Translations under genes and position numbers: made by a program
Assembly: GCA_934692905.1 (NCBI GenBank)
Contig: CAKUUM010000001.1
Span: 27,997-91,996, forward strand
Direction of reading: 5' to 3'
From: an uncultured Bacteroidales bacterium
GTDB taxonomy: Bacteria > Bacteroidota > Bacteroidia > Bacteroidales > Paludibacteraceae
Length of the DNA stretch: 64,000 nucleotides
Shown: positions 34,270 through 43,935 of the stretch, in pieces
Layout of the letters: each line of letters starts with the position of its first letter
Position numbering within the stretch: position 1 is the first letter of the stretch
The notes under the pieces: model-generated
What the model was told of the DNA's origin: nothing
What the model saw: the letters and a program-made list of their open reading frames with translations, nothing else
The model's database searches: none

Positions 34270-35196
34270 ATGCATACTAAGTGCCTCATCATCGGCTCCG
34301 GACCTGCGGGCTACACCGCTGCCATCTACGCCTCGCGCGCTAACCTCCACCCTGTCCTCTTCGAGGGCATGCAGACGGGCGGACAACTCATGATTACCAC
34401 CGAAGTAGAGAATTTCCCAGGCTACCCCGACGGCGTCGAACCCTTCCAAATGATGGATGACATGCGTCGTCAGGCGGAACGCTTTGGCGCAGACATACGC
34501 GCAGGCGTGGTTACCAAAGTGGACTTCAGCACCTCGCCCAAGCGTGTGCAGATTGACGACAACGAGTGGTGGACCGCCGACACGGTCATCATCGCCACGG
34601 GCGCAAGTGCCAAGTTCCTCGGCATACAGTCCGAAGAGGACTACAAGGGGCGCGGAGTCTCGGCATGTGCCACGTGCGACGGATTCTTCTACCGCAAAAA
34701 GACGGTGGCTGTCGTAGGTGGCGGCGACACGGCATGTGAGGAAGCGTCTTACCTCGCAGGGCTTTGCGAAAAGGTCTATATGATTGTCCGCAAACCCTAC
34801 CTGCGCGCCTCCGACATCATGCAGAAGCGTGTCCTTGAGAATCCGAAAATCGAAGTGCTCTTCGAGTGCAACACCCTGCGCCTCACGGGCGAGGACAAGG
34901 TGCACGGCGCAGACCTTATATATAGGAAAGGCACGCCCGACGAGCAACTCCGCCATATTGATATTGACGGATTCTTCCTTGCCATCGGGCATCGTCCGAA
35001 CACGGATTTGTTTGCCGGATACTTGAACCGTGATGCCGAAGGCTACATCATCACGGATGGCGACAGTCCCCGCACCAATATCCCGGGCGTGTTTGCTGCC
35101 GGCGATTGTGCCGACCCGCACTACCGCCAGGCCATCGTCGCCGCCGCCTCCGGCTGCAAAGCCGCCATGGATGCCGACCGATATTTGAGTAAATAG
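34270..35196 (+). CDS. trxB: Thioredoxin-disulfide reductase
   Basis: IIGSGPAGYTAAIYA, redox-active CATCDG, and GGGDTACEEA. The ATG at 34270 is preferred over the TTG at 34249. Confidence 0.95.
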   Translation: MHTKCLIIGSGPAGYTAAIYASRANLHPVLFEGMQTGGQLMITTEVENFPGYPDGVEPFQMMDDMRRQAERFGADIRAGVVTKVDFSTSPKRVQIDDNEWWTADTVIIATGASAKFLGIQSEEDYKGRGVSACATCDGFFYRKKTVAVVGGGDTACEEASYLAGLCEKVYMIVRKPYLRASDIMQKRVLENPKIEVLFECNTLRLTGEDKVHGADLIYRKGTPDEQLRHIDIDGFFLAIGHRPNTDLFAGYLNRDAEGYIITDGDSPRTNIPGVFAAGDCADPHYRQAIVAAASGCKAAMDADRYLSK

Positions 35197-35198
35197 AT

Positions 35199-36779
35199 TT
35201 AGAAATACCTGCTCTCCCTATCCAGATTCCGATAGGAAATCGCCTCCGTGAGGTGCCGTGGTTGAATGTCCGCGCTGTTGTCTATATCGGCAATGGTGCG
35301 GGCTACTTTCAGTATGCGGTCGTAAGCGCGCGCCGACAAGCCCATCTTGCTCATCGCAAAACCCAGCAACCGGTCACACTCCTCGGACAGCACGCAGAAT
35401 GTCCGCAGCATCTTCGGCGTCATCTGCGCATTGCAGTGCACTGGCACTTCCGCGGTCCGGTTGTACTCCGCAAAGCGTTTCCGCTGTATCTCCCGTGCCT
35501 TGACCACACGCTCGCGCATAGCCGCACTACTCTCGCCGGGCTCCATACTGCGCAGTTGCTCATAAGGCACCGCCTGTATATCGCACTGAATATCAATCCT
35601 GTCCAGCAGCGGACCCGATATACGGTTCAGGTATCGCTGTATCTGCACAGGCGTACACGTACACGGGTGCGCAGGGTTGTTCTCCCCGAAGTGTCCGCAC
35701 GGGCAAGGGTTCATGGCAGCCACCAGCATAAACGCCGCAGGGTACTCCACGCTCATCTTTGTCCTTGTCACGCATATCCGCCTGTCTTCCAGCGGCTGGC
35801 GCATCACTTCCAGCGCAGAACGCTTGTACTCAGGCAGTTCGTCAAGAAACAGCACCCCGTTGTGTGCCAGACTTATCTCGCCGGGCTTCGGGTTGCTCCC
35901 GCCGCCCACCAGTGCCACATCGGTCACCGTATGGTGCGGACTGCGGAACGGTCGCTGCACAATCAGCGCAGCGGCACGCCCGTCTTGCTTGGTGTACTGC
36001 GCCATCATACCTGCCACCGAGTATATCTTCGTCGTCTCTAATGCTTCGCCCAGCGTCAGCGGTGGCAATATCGACGGCAACCGTTTCGCCATCATGCTCT
36101 TACCCGCCCCGGGAGGACCAATCATCAGCAGGTTATGTCCCCCTGCGGCTGCCACTTCCATTGCGCGGCGGGTGCTTGCCTGTCCGCGCACATCGGCGAA
36201 ATCCAAGTCCGTGGGAAAGGCATGCAACGCGAACTCCGCAGCGATATCCACCGTCACGGGCTCGAAGGCTTGCGTACCGTTCAGCATACGAACCACGTCC
36301 AACAGGTGCTCCATGCCATAGACTTCCAGTCCGTTTACCACAGCCGCCTCGCGGGCATTCGCTGTGGGCAGGATAATCCCCTTGTAACCTGCACGTTGCG
36401 CCGCCAATGCCATAGGCAGCACACCCTGTATCGCGTGCAACGAACCGTCCAGCGACAACTCGCCCATAATCAGGTATTGCTCTAATAACCGTGTCTGCAC
36501 CAACTCCTCTGCTGCCAGCACGCCTATCGCCAGCGGCAAGTCGTATGCCGCACCCTCTTTCTTGATGTCGGCGGGTGCCATATTGATGGTCAGGGTATGC
36601 TTGGGCTTGCCGAAACCGTTGACGGCAATGGCGGACATGATTCGTTCACGGCTCTCCTTCACCGCGTTGTCGGGCAAGCCGACCAGCGTGAAGTCATACC
36701 CCGCCTCGGCGTGTACCTCAATGGTGATTATCACTGCGTCTATGCCTTGCACGGCGGCACCGTAAGTCTTGATGAGCAT
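35199..36779 (-). CDS. comM: YifB/ComM family Mg-chelatase-like AAA+ ATPase
   Basis: N-terminal Lon-protease-like domain, Walker A GPPGAGKSM, and MCM/ChlI-like motifs (LFLDELPE). Confidence 0.9.
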   Translation of the reverse strand: MLIKTYGAAVQGIDAVIITIEVHAEAGYDFTLVGLPDNAVKESRERIMSAIAVNGFGKPKHTLTINMAPADIKKEGAAYDLPLAIGVLAAEELVQTRLLEQYLIMGELSLDGSLHAIQGVLPMALAAQRAGYKGIILPTANAREAAVVNGLEVYGMEHLLDVVRMLNGTQAFEPVTVDIAAEFALHAFPTDLDFADVRGQASTRRAMEVAAAGGHNLLMIGPPGAGKSMMAKRLPSILPPLTLGEALETTKIYSVAGMMAQYTKQDGRAAALIVQRPFRSPHHTVTDVALVGGGSNPKPGEISLAHNGVLFLDELPEYKRSALEVMRQPLEDRRICVTRTKMSVEYPAAFMLVAAMNPCPCGHFGENNPAHPCTCTPVQIQRYLNRISGPLLDRIDIQCDIQAVPYEQLRSMEPGESSAAMRERVVKAREIQRKRFAEYNRTAEVPVHCNAQMTPKMLRTFCVLSEECDRLLGFAMSKMGLSARAYDRILKVARTIADIDNSADIQPRHLTEAISYRNLDRESRYF

Positions 36780-36806
36780 GGTAATAAGGTTGTGTATATC
36801 AATATG

Positions 36807-39800
36807 TTATTTCCCTGTCGCGATGCTGTCCCGTGGCGTTGCGGTCTGTGTGGTGTCCTTCTTGTGACGGGGTTTCCAGTTGAAGTCGTGCTTGAACACA
36901 AAGCCCACGCCCTGCACCGTATTCGCCTGCCGCAGCGAGTACTTGTCCACCGTATGCGTATAGGCTTTGGCACGCAGTTTCCCGTTCTCGGTCAGCATAT
37001 ACTCCACGTCAAGGTCGCCGAAGAACGGACGGTTGCTCAGGTCATTGTAGCGGTACCCGAAGTTACCGTTTATCAGCAACTGGTTGATAGGATGCAGTTG
37101 GAAGTTCGCCTCGTACTCCTGGCTTGCCGTAGCCCCTTCGCCGTCCGTGCGGATATTGAAGCCCATGGTGAAGACATCCGTCAGTTTGCTCAGCCATGCG
37201 TTTATCTGCCCCGTGATGGTGGACGACAGCAGCGAGTAGGTCTCGTTGAGCCCTACATTCTTGGTGTTCTGCAGATAGTCGGGCGTATAGAACCGGTTGA
37301 ATACCAGCAGGTATATCACCTGACGCATCAGCATCTCGTTGGTGTTAATCATCGAGCGCACTTGGCTTTGCACGGACTCGTCGGACTGCGGCAGTTCTAT
37401 TGCGAACGAGATAATCGGGTTGAACAGTTGGTCTGTCATGTGGAGCACGCAGTTCACCGGTACCGATGTCCTGTTGGTCGCCAACTGCTCTATTTCGCTT
37501 CCGTACAGGTCGCGCAGCGATGCCGTCAGGTGGTATTTGCCCGTCACGTCCACACTCGGTGAGGTCGGGTCACCGCTCCATATCACACGGCTACCCTCTG
37601 CTATCTCGAAACTGCGGCGAACGATATTGCCGAGCGAGAAGGTAAACGTACCCGACTGCAGCGTGTAGGTACCCAGCAACTGCACATCGCCTGTCCGGTC
37701 GTCATAGTTCAACTTCAGATTGCCTTCCCCGCGACCGCGCAAACCGTCATCACCGCCCATGCGCAGGTTAATCTCCGCCTGGGGTGTAACATCCACTTGC
37801 AACGACAGCAGCACCCTTGTCGAACTCTTCTTCTCTGCCTTCGCCTGTTTGTCCGCAGGCTGTTGCAGCAGCCGCAGCAGACTGTGCGAGGTGGTGTCGG
37901 GCTCCACGAAATTGATAAACGAAGTTGATGCCGCAGTACTGGCTGTGTTTACGCTCAGGTAGAACTTCGACCGCGATTCCGTCTGTGCATTCACGCCGAT
38001 ACGGCACTCTTTCTGGTCGCCCTGTATATCCACCCTTCCCGTGCCATATACTTTGCCGTAGAACATCGACTGCGGGTCGTATGGCAGATTCAGAGCCAGC
38101 ATTTTCTCCACCGTCGCCGTCATGTTGTAGCGGAAATCCTCAAACTGTGTGTGTGTCAGTGCGCCGTCAAACGTACCCTTGTGCCCTTCCATGTCGTACA
38201 GTGTGATATGGGGGAAGCGTATTGCCGTGGAGTCCATCAGCACCGAGTCCGAAAACATGAACGTCGCCCCAATCATCGGTACCGTCAGTTGGGCGTTCTT
38301 GCCGTACAGCCCTGCCGTGATGTAGGTCTCGCGCCGGTGACCGCCTATGTGCAGGTTGCCGTACCCCAGTCCTTTGAGGTCCGACAGGATACCCTTCGTC
38401 CAGAAATTCACTATCGCAAGGTTCACGCTGTCGCACGCAATGTCGAGTTCCCAATACCCTTCGGGTTTCACAAGCCCGTCCACATGGGCGATGGTGTATT
38501 CCGTAGTGTCTATCACATCGCCTGTGATGACTACCGTTTTGTTCTCCTTGTCCAGGTGCGCCTCCGCCACAGCCCTGCCCAAAGGCACACCGTTCAGTCC
38601 CGCTTCGGGCATCGTAACCTGTGCCTCGAACATCGGTTGCGAGAACAGACCGTATATCGTAGCCCAGCCTGTCGCTGCGCCGTCCACCGACAGCGCATGC
38701 GCCACATTCGTATAGGACAGCAGGTAGTTCACGTTGATGTTCTCTAATGCCACATCTATCGAGTCCTCCACGCTCTTCGATGCCATACCGTTGGCGCGGA
38801 TAGACTGGTTCGTGGTGCTCAGCCCGAAGTGCTCCACCGCCAGAGTCTGGTCGGCGGCGGTATATATAATGTGTGCGTCCGCGATACTCCACACCGAGTC
38901 ATTCAGTACGATGTCGCTCGGGTGGATATGCACATCCCATATCGGACGGTTGGCGTATTGCTGGAGTATGGTCGAGACACGTATCACACCCTCGTTGCGG
39001 ACGCTGTCCGTATTGTCGAGCCGCACCGTCAGTCCTATCACGTCATCCTTCGCGGTCATATCCAGATAGGTCTTCACATCGCCTATCTTGGCAGTCGTAG
39101 GGTTGTCCTGTGGCAGGTGACTCAGCGCGTACACCGACAACTTCGCCCTATTATTGAGATTGTCTACCGAAATCGTCAGGTCCTGCATAGACGCACTTTC
39201 CCCTGCCAACATGGGTACGTACGCTTGCAGTCCGAATTGGTTCTCCGACTCATGCAGAAAACCTTTGACTGTCGGATACGAAGGCAAGTGTATCCCAACC
39301 CCCAGTGTCTCCGTAATTTTGTCTATATCACGGAAATACGCATAGAAGTCCACATCATTTGTACGCCTTTTGATATGTATATTATCGTCCGCGCGTCCCA
39401 ACGACGGCAGGTACTGCCCCACAAACGCCATCACCGTGCCGGGCATCGTGTTGTACGAGAACTCCCCGGTGATGCCCGCCGTCAGGAAATCCGATTGTAT
39501 CTTCAATTGGTGCACGGGATGGTTCCGCAGCATCTGGTTATCCACCACCACCTTTATCTGTTCCGCCACCATCTCCTTATCGCCGTTCCGCAGCAGCAAT
39601 GTGTCCACAATCAGGTACCCCGTCATATTGTCCATAATCTCGGCAGGCGTCTTTCCCGAGGTGTAGATGCTGATGTAGTTCATGCAACTCACTTCCAATT
39701 CGAGTAGTTTGTCTGTCAGGCGCAGCGCCCCCGGGCGGAGGTGTTCCACGCGCAGACCAAGGTCAAAGCGGGTGTCTTCCTCCGACAAGTCCACCAATCC

Positions 39801-41030
39801 GTTGGCGTCTATCCATACATTCTCATCATTTATCCTCAGGCTGCCGCTAATCTGCTCATCGGCAAACTGACCGTCGAAATATATATTATGGTACGCATAG
39901 TCTCGGAATACAATCTTGCCGATTTTTGCATCCGCCACGCAACTCAATGGCACGTCGCGACCTGCTTTCACATCTACGTGAGCACTCACGGCGATGGTTC
40001 CTAATTCTTTGTTATTCAGCAGCCTGCCCAAGTGAAAGCGGCGTGTGGAGACATGCCCGCAGAAGTCCACATTCCGCAATGCGGTATCCGCCTTTGCCTC
40101 TCCGTTCACCGTCAGCGAACCCAATGCCGACGAGAACGCCCCGTGCAGCCGCATATCCTCTAATCTGCCCGCCACAAAGCCTTTGTAGTGTACATCTCCC
40201 AATGTCGCCACGGGGTTAGGCAGGTGGGACGGGCGCCTGAACAACTGCGACAGCATGTCCTGCAACAGCGCATGGTTCAGAAACAGGTCATTACAATCCG
40301 CCTGTACATACAGCGAGTCCAATTTCGTCGGCTCATATACCGCCAGGTCGCCGTCAAACAACTGTGTCCCGCGGTATGTCAAGCGCAACTCGTCGGCAAA
40401 CAGCGAGTCCAAATCACCATGTATATTCGCCCGGAAACCCGCATCCAAGCGCCCCAAACGGGCTTGCAAAGTCAGCGATTCTATCTTGAAATCCAGCGAG
40501 TCGCTGCTCAGCACGGGCATGCCGAAGTCCATGTTTATCTCGTCCACCGTCAACTCATCATACCGCACGCGCATATCCCTCAGGTGCAGCGCATCCACAT
40601 TCACCCGCAGCGCAAACGACGACGAATCCGACGTCAACTTATCTATCAAAAACGAGCAATTCAGCGTTGTGTCATTCAACTTCTGCACATTCACATACGG
40701 GCCGTCCAACTCCACACGCTCAAAGTCCAATCGTTTATCGCGCAAGGACAACGGGTGGAAATGCACATGCACATGGTCTATAAATGCCAACGTATCTCGC
40801 TGTTGGTCACTCAGATACACGCTGTCTAGTGTCAGTTTGCTGAAGGGTCGGAAGTCGAAACGTTTGATGCTCACATCGGCACCTATCTGTTCCGACACTT
40901 TCTTTGCCACCACACCGATTATATAGGTCTGTACGCTGCTCTGATTCAGCAATACCACGCCGCCCCCCACCACCAGCAGCAGGGTCAGCAACACAATCGC
41001 TATGCCTATCAGAACCTTTTTCATCATCAC
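36807..41030 (-). CDS. tamB: Translocation and assembly module protein TamB (DUF490 family), 1407 aa
   Basis: N-terminal TM anchor MMMKKVLIGIAIVLLTLLLVVGGG, very long beta-rich body, and a C-terminal DUF490-like region. Confidence 0.8.
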   Translation of the reverse strand: MMMKKVLIGIAIVLLTLLLVVGGGVVLLNQSSVQTYIIGVVAKKVSEQIGADVSIKRFDFRPFSKLTLDSVYLSDQQRDTLAFIDHVHVHFHPLSLRDKRLDFERVELDGPYVNVQKLNDTTLNCSFLIDKLTSDSSSFALRVNVDALHLRDMRVRYDELTVDEINMDFGMPVLSSDSLDFKIESLTLQARLGRLDAGFRANIHGDLDSLFADELRLTYRGTQLFDGDLAVYEPTKLDSLYVQADCNDLFLNHALLQDMLSQLFRRPSHLPNPVATLGDVHYKGFVAGRLEDMRLHGAFSSALGSLTVNGEAKADTALRNVDFCGHVSTRRFHLGRLLNNKELGTIAVSAHVDVKAGRDVPLSCVADAKIGKIVFRDYAYHNIYFDGQFADEQISGSLRINDENVWIDANGLVDLSEEDTRFDLGLRVEHLRPGALRLTDKLLELEVSCMNYISIYTSGKTPAEIMDNMTGYLIVDTLLLRNGDKEMVAEQIKVVVDNQMLRNHPVHQLKIQSDFLTAGITGEFSYNTMPGTVMAFVGQYLPSLGRADDNIHIKRRTNDVDFYAYFRDIDKITETLGVGIHLPSYPTVKGFLHESENQFGLQAYVPMLAGESASMQDLTISVDNLNNRAKLSVYALSHLPQDNPTTAKIGDVKTYLDMTAKDDVIGLTVRLDNTDSVRNEGVIRVSTILQQYANRPIWDVHIHPSDIVLNDSVWSIADAHIIYTAADQTLAVEHFGLSTTNQSIRANGMASKSVEDSIDVALENINVNYLLSYTNVAHALSVDGAATGWATIYGLFSQPMFEAQVTMPEAGLNGVPLGRAVAEAHLDKENKTVVITGDVIDTTEYTIAHVDGLVKPEGYWELDIACDSVNLAIVNFWTKGILSDLKGLGYGNLHIGGHRRETYITAGLYGKNAQLTVPMIGATFMFSDSVLMDSTAIRFPHITLYDMEGHKGTFDGALTHTQFEDFRYNMTATVEKMLALNLPYDPQSMFYGKVYGTGRVDIQGDQKECRIGVNAQTESRSKFYLSVNTASTAASTSFINFVEPDTTSHSLLRLLQQPADKQAKAEKKSSTRVLLSLQVDVTPQAEINLRMGGDDGLRGRGEGNLKLNYDDRTGDVQLLGTYTLQSGTFTFSLGNIVRRSFEIAEGSRVIWSGDPTSPSVDVTGKYHLTASLRDLYGSEIEQLATNRTSVPVNCVLHMTDQLFNPIISFAIELPQSDESVQSQVRSMINTNEMLMRQVIYLLVFNRFYTPDYLQNTKNVGLNETYSLLSSTITGQINAWLSKLTDVFTMGFNIRTDGEGATASQEYEANFQLHPINQLLINGNFGYRYNDLSNRPFFGDLDVEYMLTENGKLRAKAYTHTVDKYSLRQANTVQGVGFVFKHDFNWKPRHKKDTTQTATPRDSIATGK

Positions 41031-41429
41031 AAACTCTCGTCAACCTATAAGCCCGCAAAGATACAAAAAAGAATTGAAATAAGCAAATAAATACTGATTT
41101 ATATCGGCGCCATCCCATCAATCCCCGGCATTTCTTGCACTTTTATGGAGACAACGCCTGCCGGAGCCCCATAAACCAATGCCGCTGTCAGGGACGCGGA
41201 CGCCAGCAGGGTCCCCGTAAGCCCGTGGGTGCAACGAGGTGCTCTCTCGTCCGCGGTCAGTTTGGTACAAACTGAATGGATTTACTATGTTTGTGGGGAC
41301 GACGCGTCTCGCGTCGTCAAATCCTTTTTGGACAATAGGGTGTATCTATGTTGCGGGTTGCCAACCTCGCATTTTACGGCTGATTTGTGTTAATACGGCG
41401 TAGCCATCCGTTTAATTCTCGAGCACTCC

Positions 41430-41568
41430 CCGATAGTCATTGCGCATTACGCATTGAAAATTGCGCATTATTTCTCATGTTTTTGTCGGGCTAATTGTAT
41501 GTGATTAGTATGTGGTTAGTATGTGATTAGTATGTGATTAGTATGCTATTCTGCCGACCTTGCCGCGA
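41430..41568 (+). repeat. Word-array element, TATGTGATTAG type (copy B), preceded by ATGCGCAAT-type words
   Basis: cattgcgcattacgcattgaaaattgcgcatta...tttttgtcgggctaattg [tatgtgattag tatgtggttag tatgtgattag tatgtgattag] tatgctatt ctgccgaccttgccg. Confidence 0.85.
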
Positions 41569-41830
41569 GCATACCGCAATGTTCTGCACCAAACACTCAG
41601 CCTTCGCCCCATCCTTTTCTACCCCATACCGAACTTTCGTCAAAATTTCACCCACATTTCACCACATCTGATTATAAATTACATAATCATCTGTAAACAA
41701 ACATATTATCATGTTGATAACATTGTTAATAACCGACTTATAAGTATGTTGATAAAATTTTCGTGGGGAAAAGTGGGGTATATGAAATAATTTTTGTAAC
41801 TTTGCGGCGGAAATGAGGTAAATTACTGAT

Positions 41831-42337
41831 ATGAGTACGTTTATTGGCAATATCGAAGCGCGGTTGGATGAGAAAGGGCGCATATTCATCCCCGCAGGGT
41901 ACAGGAAGATACTGGGCGAGATGGAGTCGCGCCGTATCATCATGCGCCGAGATACAGACAATGAGTGTATCATCTTCTACCCCGAACAAGTGTGGAACGA
42001 GAAAGTGGGGCAACTGCGCCATGCCCTGAACGAGTGGGACCCTGACGACCAGATGATACTGATGCAGTTCATCGCCGAAGCAGAGATACTGGAACCCGAC
42101 AGCCAAGGCCGCGTACTGCTCCAGAAAAAGAACGTGGAGATGATAGGTGCCCAACAAGACGTGCTGTTCGTGGGCATGTTGGACCGCTTCGCATTGTGGA
42201 GTCCGAGTGTCTTCCGCGAAAAGCAAATGCCGCAGAAAGATTTGGCAGAGCGTATAAGACAGAGAATGAAGGGGGGTACACCCTACAACCAAGGCTTCAT
42301 TAAAGACCGCACAAAAGAAGTGGAGGGACTCCGTTAA
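41831..42337 (+). CDS. mraZ: Transcriptional regulator MraZ
   Basis: MSTFIGNIEARLDEKGRIFIPAGYRK and a second SpoVT/AbrB-like half (DSQGRVLLQKK). It is the first gene of the dcw cluster. Confidence 0.9.
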   Translation: MSTFIGNIEARLDEKGRIFIPAGYRKILGEMESRRIIMRRDTDNECIIFYPEQVWNEKVGQLRHALNEWDPDDQMILMQFIAEAEILEPDSQGRVLLQKKNVEMIGAQQDVLFVGMLDRFALWSPSVFREKQMPQKDLAERIRQRMKGGTPYNQGFIKDRTKEVEGLR

Positions 42338-42445
42338 TTGCCGTTAATTGACCGTTAATGCAGGCAAGAAGATTGGGAAGAACTCCATTAATGACCATTA
42401 AAAAGAGAAAGAACATATAATTGTCGTGTAATTAACCATTAATTT
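42331..42445 (+). repeat. AT-rich repeat block: 3 x ccgttaattg tandem (overlapping the mraZ stop) plus a 63-bp 'ccattaat / taattaaccattaat' element
   Basis: ccgttaattg ccgttaattg accgttaatg ... aactccattaatgaccattaaaaagagaaagaacatataattgtcgtgtaattaaccattaattt. Compare 6321..6383. Confidence 0.8.
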
Positions 42446-42466
42446 CTCAAAGCAAAGAACTTGAAT

Positions 42467-43492
42467 ATGAGTGAGGTGTACCACATACCGGCAATGCTGG
42501 AGGAGACGATAAACGGACTGGATATCAAGCCCGAGGGGACGTATGTGGATGTCACCTTCGGCGGAGGAGGTCACTCACGTGCTATCATGAGCAGGCTCGG
42601 GGATACAGGAAGGCTGTTCTCGTTTGACCAAGACATGGACGCATATATAAATGAGAAGACCCCCTCCAACTCCCCCTTCAAAGGGGGAGAGTGCAGATGC
42701 TCGGAATACCCCTCCTTGAAAGAGGGGTCAGGGGAGGTCCATCGGTTGTCTGAAGACAAGCGATGGCAGTTTGTGCATGGTAATTTCCGTTACCTGAGGA
42801 ATTTCATGGACTATTACGGGGTAACGGAGATAGACGGGCTACTGGCTGACTTGGGTGTGAGTTTCCATCACTTCGACGAGGCAGAACGCGGCTTCTCGTT
42901 CCGGTTTGCCGGTCCGCTGGATATGCGCATGAATCGGGAAGGCGGGCGCACCGCAGCCGACATCGTAAACACCTACTCCGAGGAAGACCTGACACGCGTA
43001 TTCCGTATCTACGGCGAGATGAGCAACGCCAAAGCCGTGGCACAGCGGATAGTCAGGCAAAGGGAAAACGCACCCATTCTCCGCACCGAACAATTGGTAG
43101 AATGTGTCATGCGCAATGTGCAATGCGCAATGTGCGATGGTCTTATCGAGGTGCCGACATGGGCAAAGAAAGACTTGGCAAGAATGTTCCAAGCGTTGCG
43201 CATAGAGGTGAACGACGAATTGGGTGCGCTACGAGAGATGCTGCTGGCAGCACGCGAGTTGCTTCGTCCGGGCGGACGGATAGCCATACTGACCTATCAC
43301 TCGTTGGAAGACAGGATTGTGAAAAACTTTCTGCGTTCCGGTAACTTGGACGGCACCATCGAAAAGGATTTCTACGGCAACATACTGACACCCTTCCGAG
43401 TAATAGAAAAAGGGGCTACGGCAAGTGAAAAGGAAGTGGAGCGCAATCCGAGAGCAAGGAGCGCGAAACTGCGGGTGGCGGAGAAACTATAA
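42467..43492 (+). CDS. rsmH: 16S rRNA (cytosine1402-N4)-methyltransferase, carrying two low-complexity inserts
   Basis: MSEVYHIPAMLEETI, GGGGHS, DGLLADLGVS and FQALRIEVNDEL motifs. The ATG at 42467 is preferred over the TTG at 42461. Confidence 0.9.
   Translation: MSEVYHIPAMLEETINGLDIKPEGTYVDVTFGGGGHSRAIMSRLGDTGRLFSFDQDMDAYINEKTPSNSPFKGGECRCSEYPSLKEGSGEVHRLSEDKRWQFVHGNFRYLRNFMDYYGVTEIDGLLADLGVSFHHFDEAERGFSFRFAGPLDMRMNREGGRTAADIVNTYSEEDLTRVFRIYGEMSNAKAVAQRIVRQRENAPILRTEQLVECVMRNVQCAMCDGLIEVPTWAKKDLARMFQALRIEVNDELGALREMLLAARELLRPGGRIAILTYHSLEDRIVKNFLRSGNLDGTIEKDFYGNILTPFRVIEKGATASEKEVERNPRARSAKLRVAEKL
42658..42740. repeat. Inverted pair of short-form GC-rich hairpin elements inside rsmH coding sequence (in-frame)
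   Basis: gaccccctccaactcccccttcaaagggggag ... gaatacccctccttgaaagaggggtcaggggaggtcc. These encode about residues 64-92 (TPSNSPFKGGECRCSEYPSLKEGSGEV). Confidence 0.8.
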
Positions 43493-43553
43493 AGGAATAA
43501 AGAGTAAGGAATAAGGAATAAAGACGAATAACATGAATTAGTAAGGTGTTGCG

Positions 43554-43865
43554 ATGAGACAGGGCAGCATAAAGGAAATACTTAGCGGAGATGTGCTGAA
43601 GCGGGGCTGGTTTCGCAGGCAGTACAAACTGATACTGCTGATATGCGGACTGATATTCGTGTATATCTATGCGGGATACCAAGCCCAACGGCAGCAGAGA
43701 CACTTGGGCGACCTGCAGAAAGAACTGCAAGATGTGCAGTTCGAGCAACTGACGGTCAATGCGCAGTTGGTGGAAGTGACACGGCAATCGGCTGTGGCAG
43801 AGGAACTGAAGAAAAGGGGAAGCAAAGTGAAAGAGAGCGATGTACCCGCGGTGCGGGTGCAATGA
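43554..43865 (+). CDS. ftsL: FtsL-like cell-division protein (single TM + coiled coil)
   Basis: 103 aa, TM segment YKLILLICGLIFVYIYAGY, then a coiled-coil region. It sits between rsmH and ftsI. Confidence 0.75.
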   Translation: MRQGSIKEILSGDVLKRGWFRRQYKLILLICGLIFVYIYAGYQAQRQQRHLGDLQKELQDVQFEQLTVNAQLVEVTRQSAVAEELKKRGSKVKESDVPAVRVQ

Positions 43866-43935
43866 GAGAGATTAGAGGTTAGAGATTAGAGTTTAGAGAA
43901 GTTGAAAGAAGAAAGTAGAGAGTAAAGAGAAAGAT

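Noticed and set aside
36597-40926. Numerous 60-320-aa plus-strand ORFs inside the tamB region
   Set aside because: They are shadow frames of one continuous 1407-aa minus-strand ORF.
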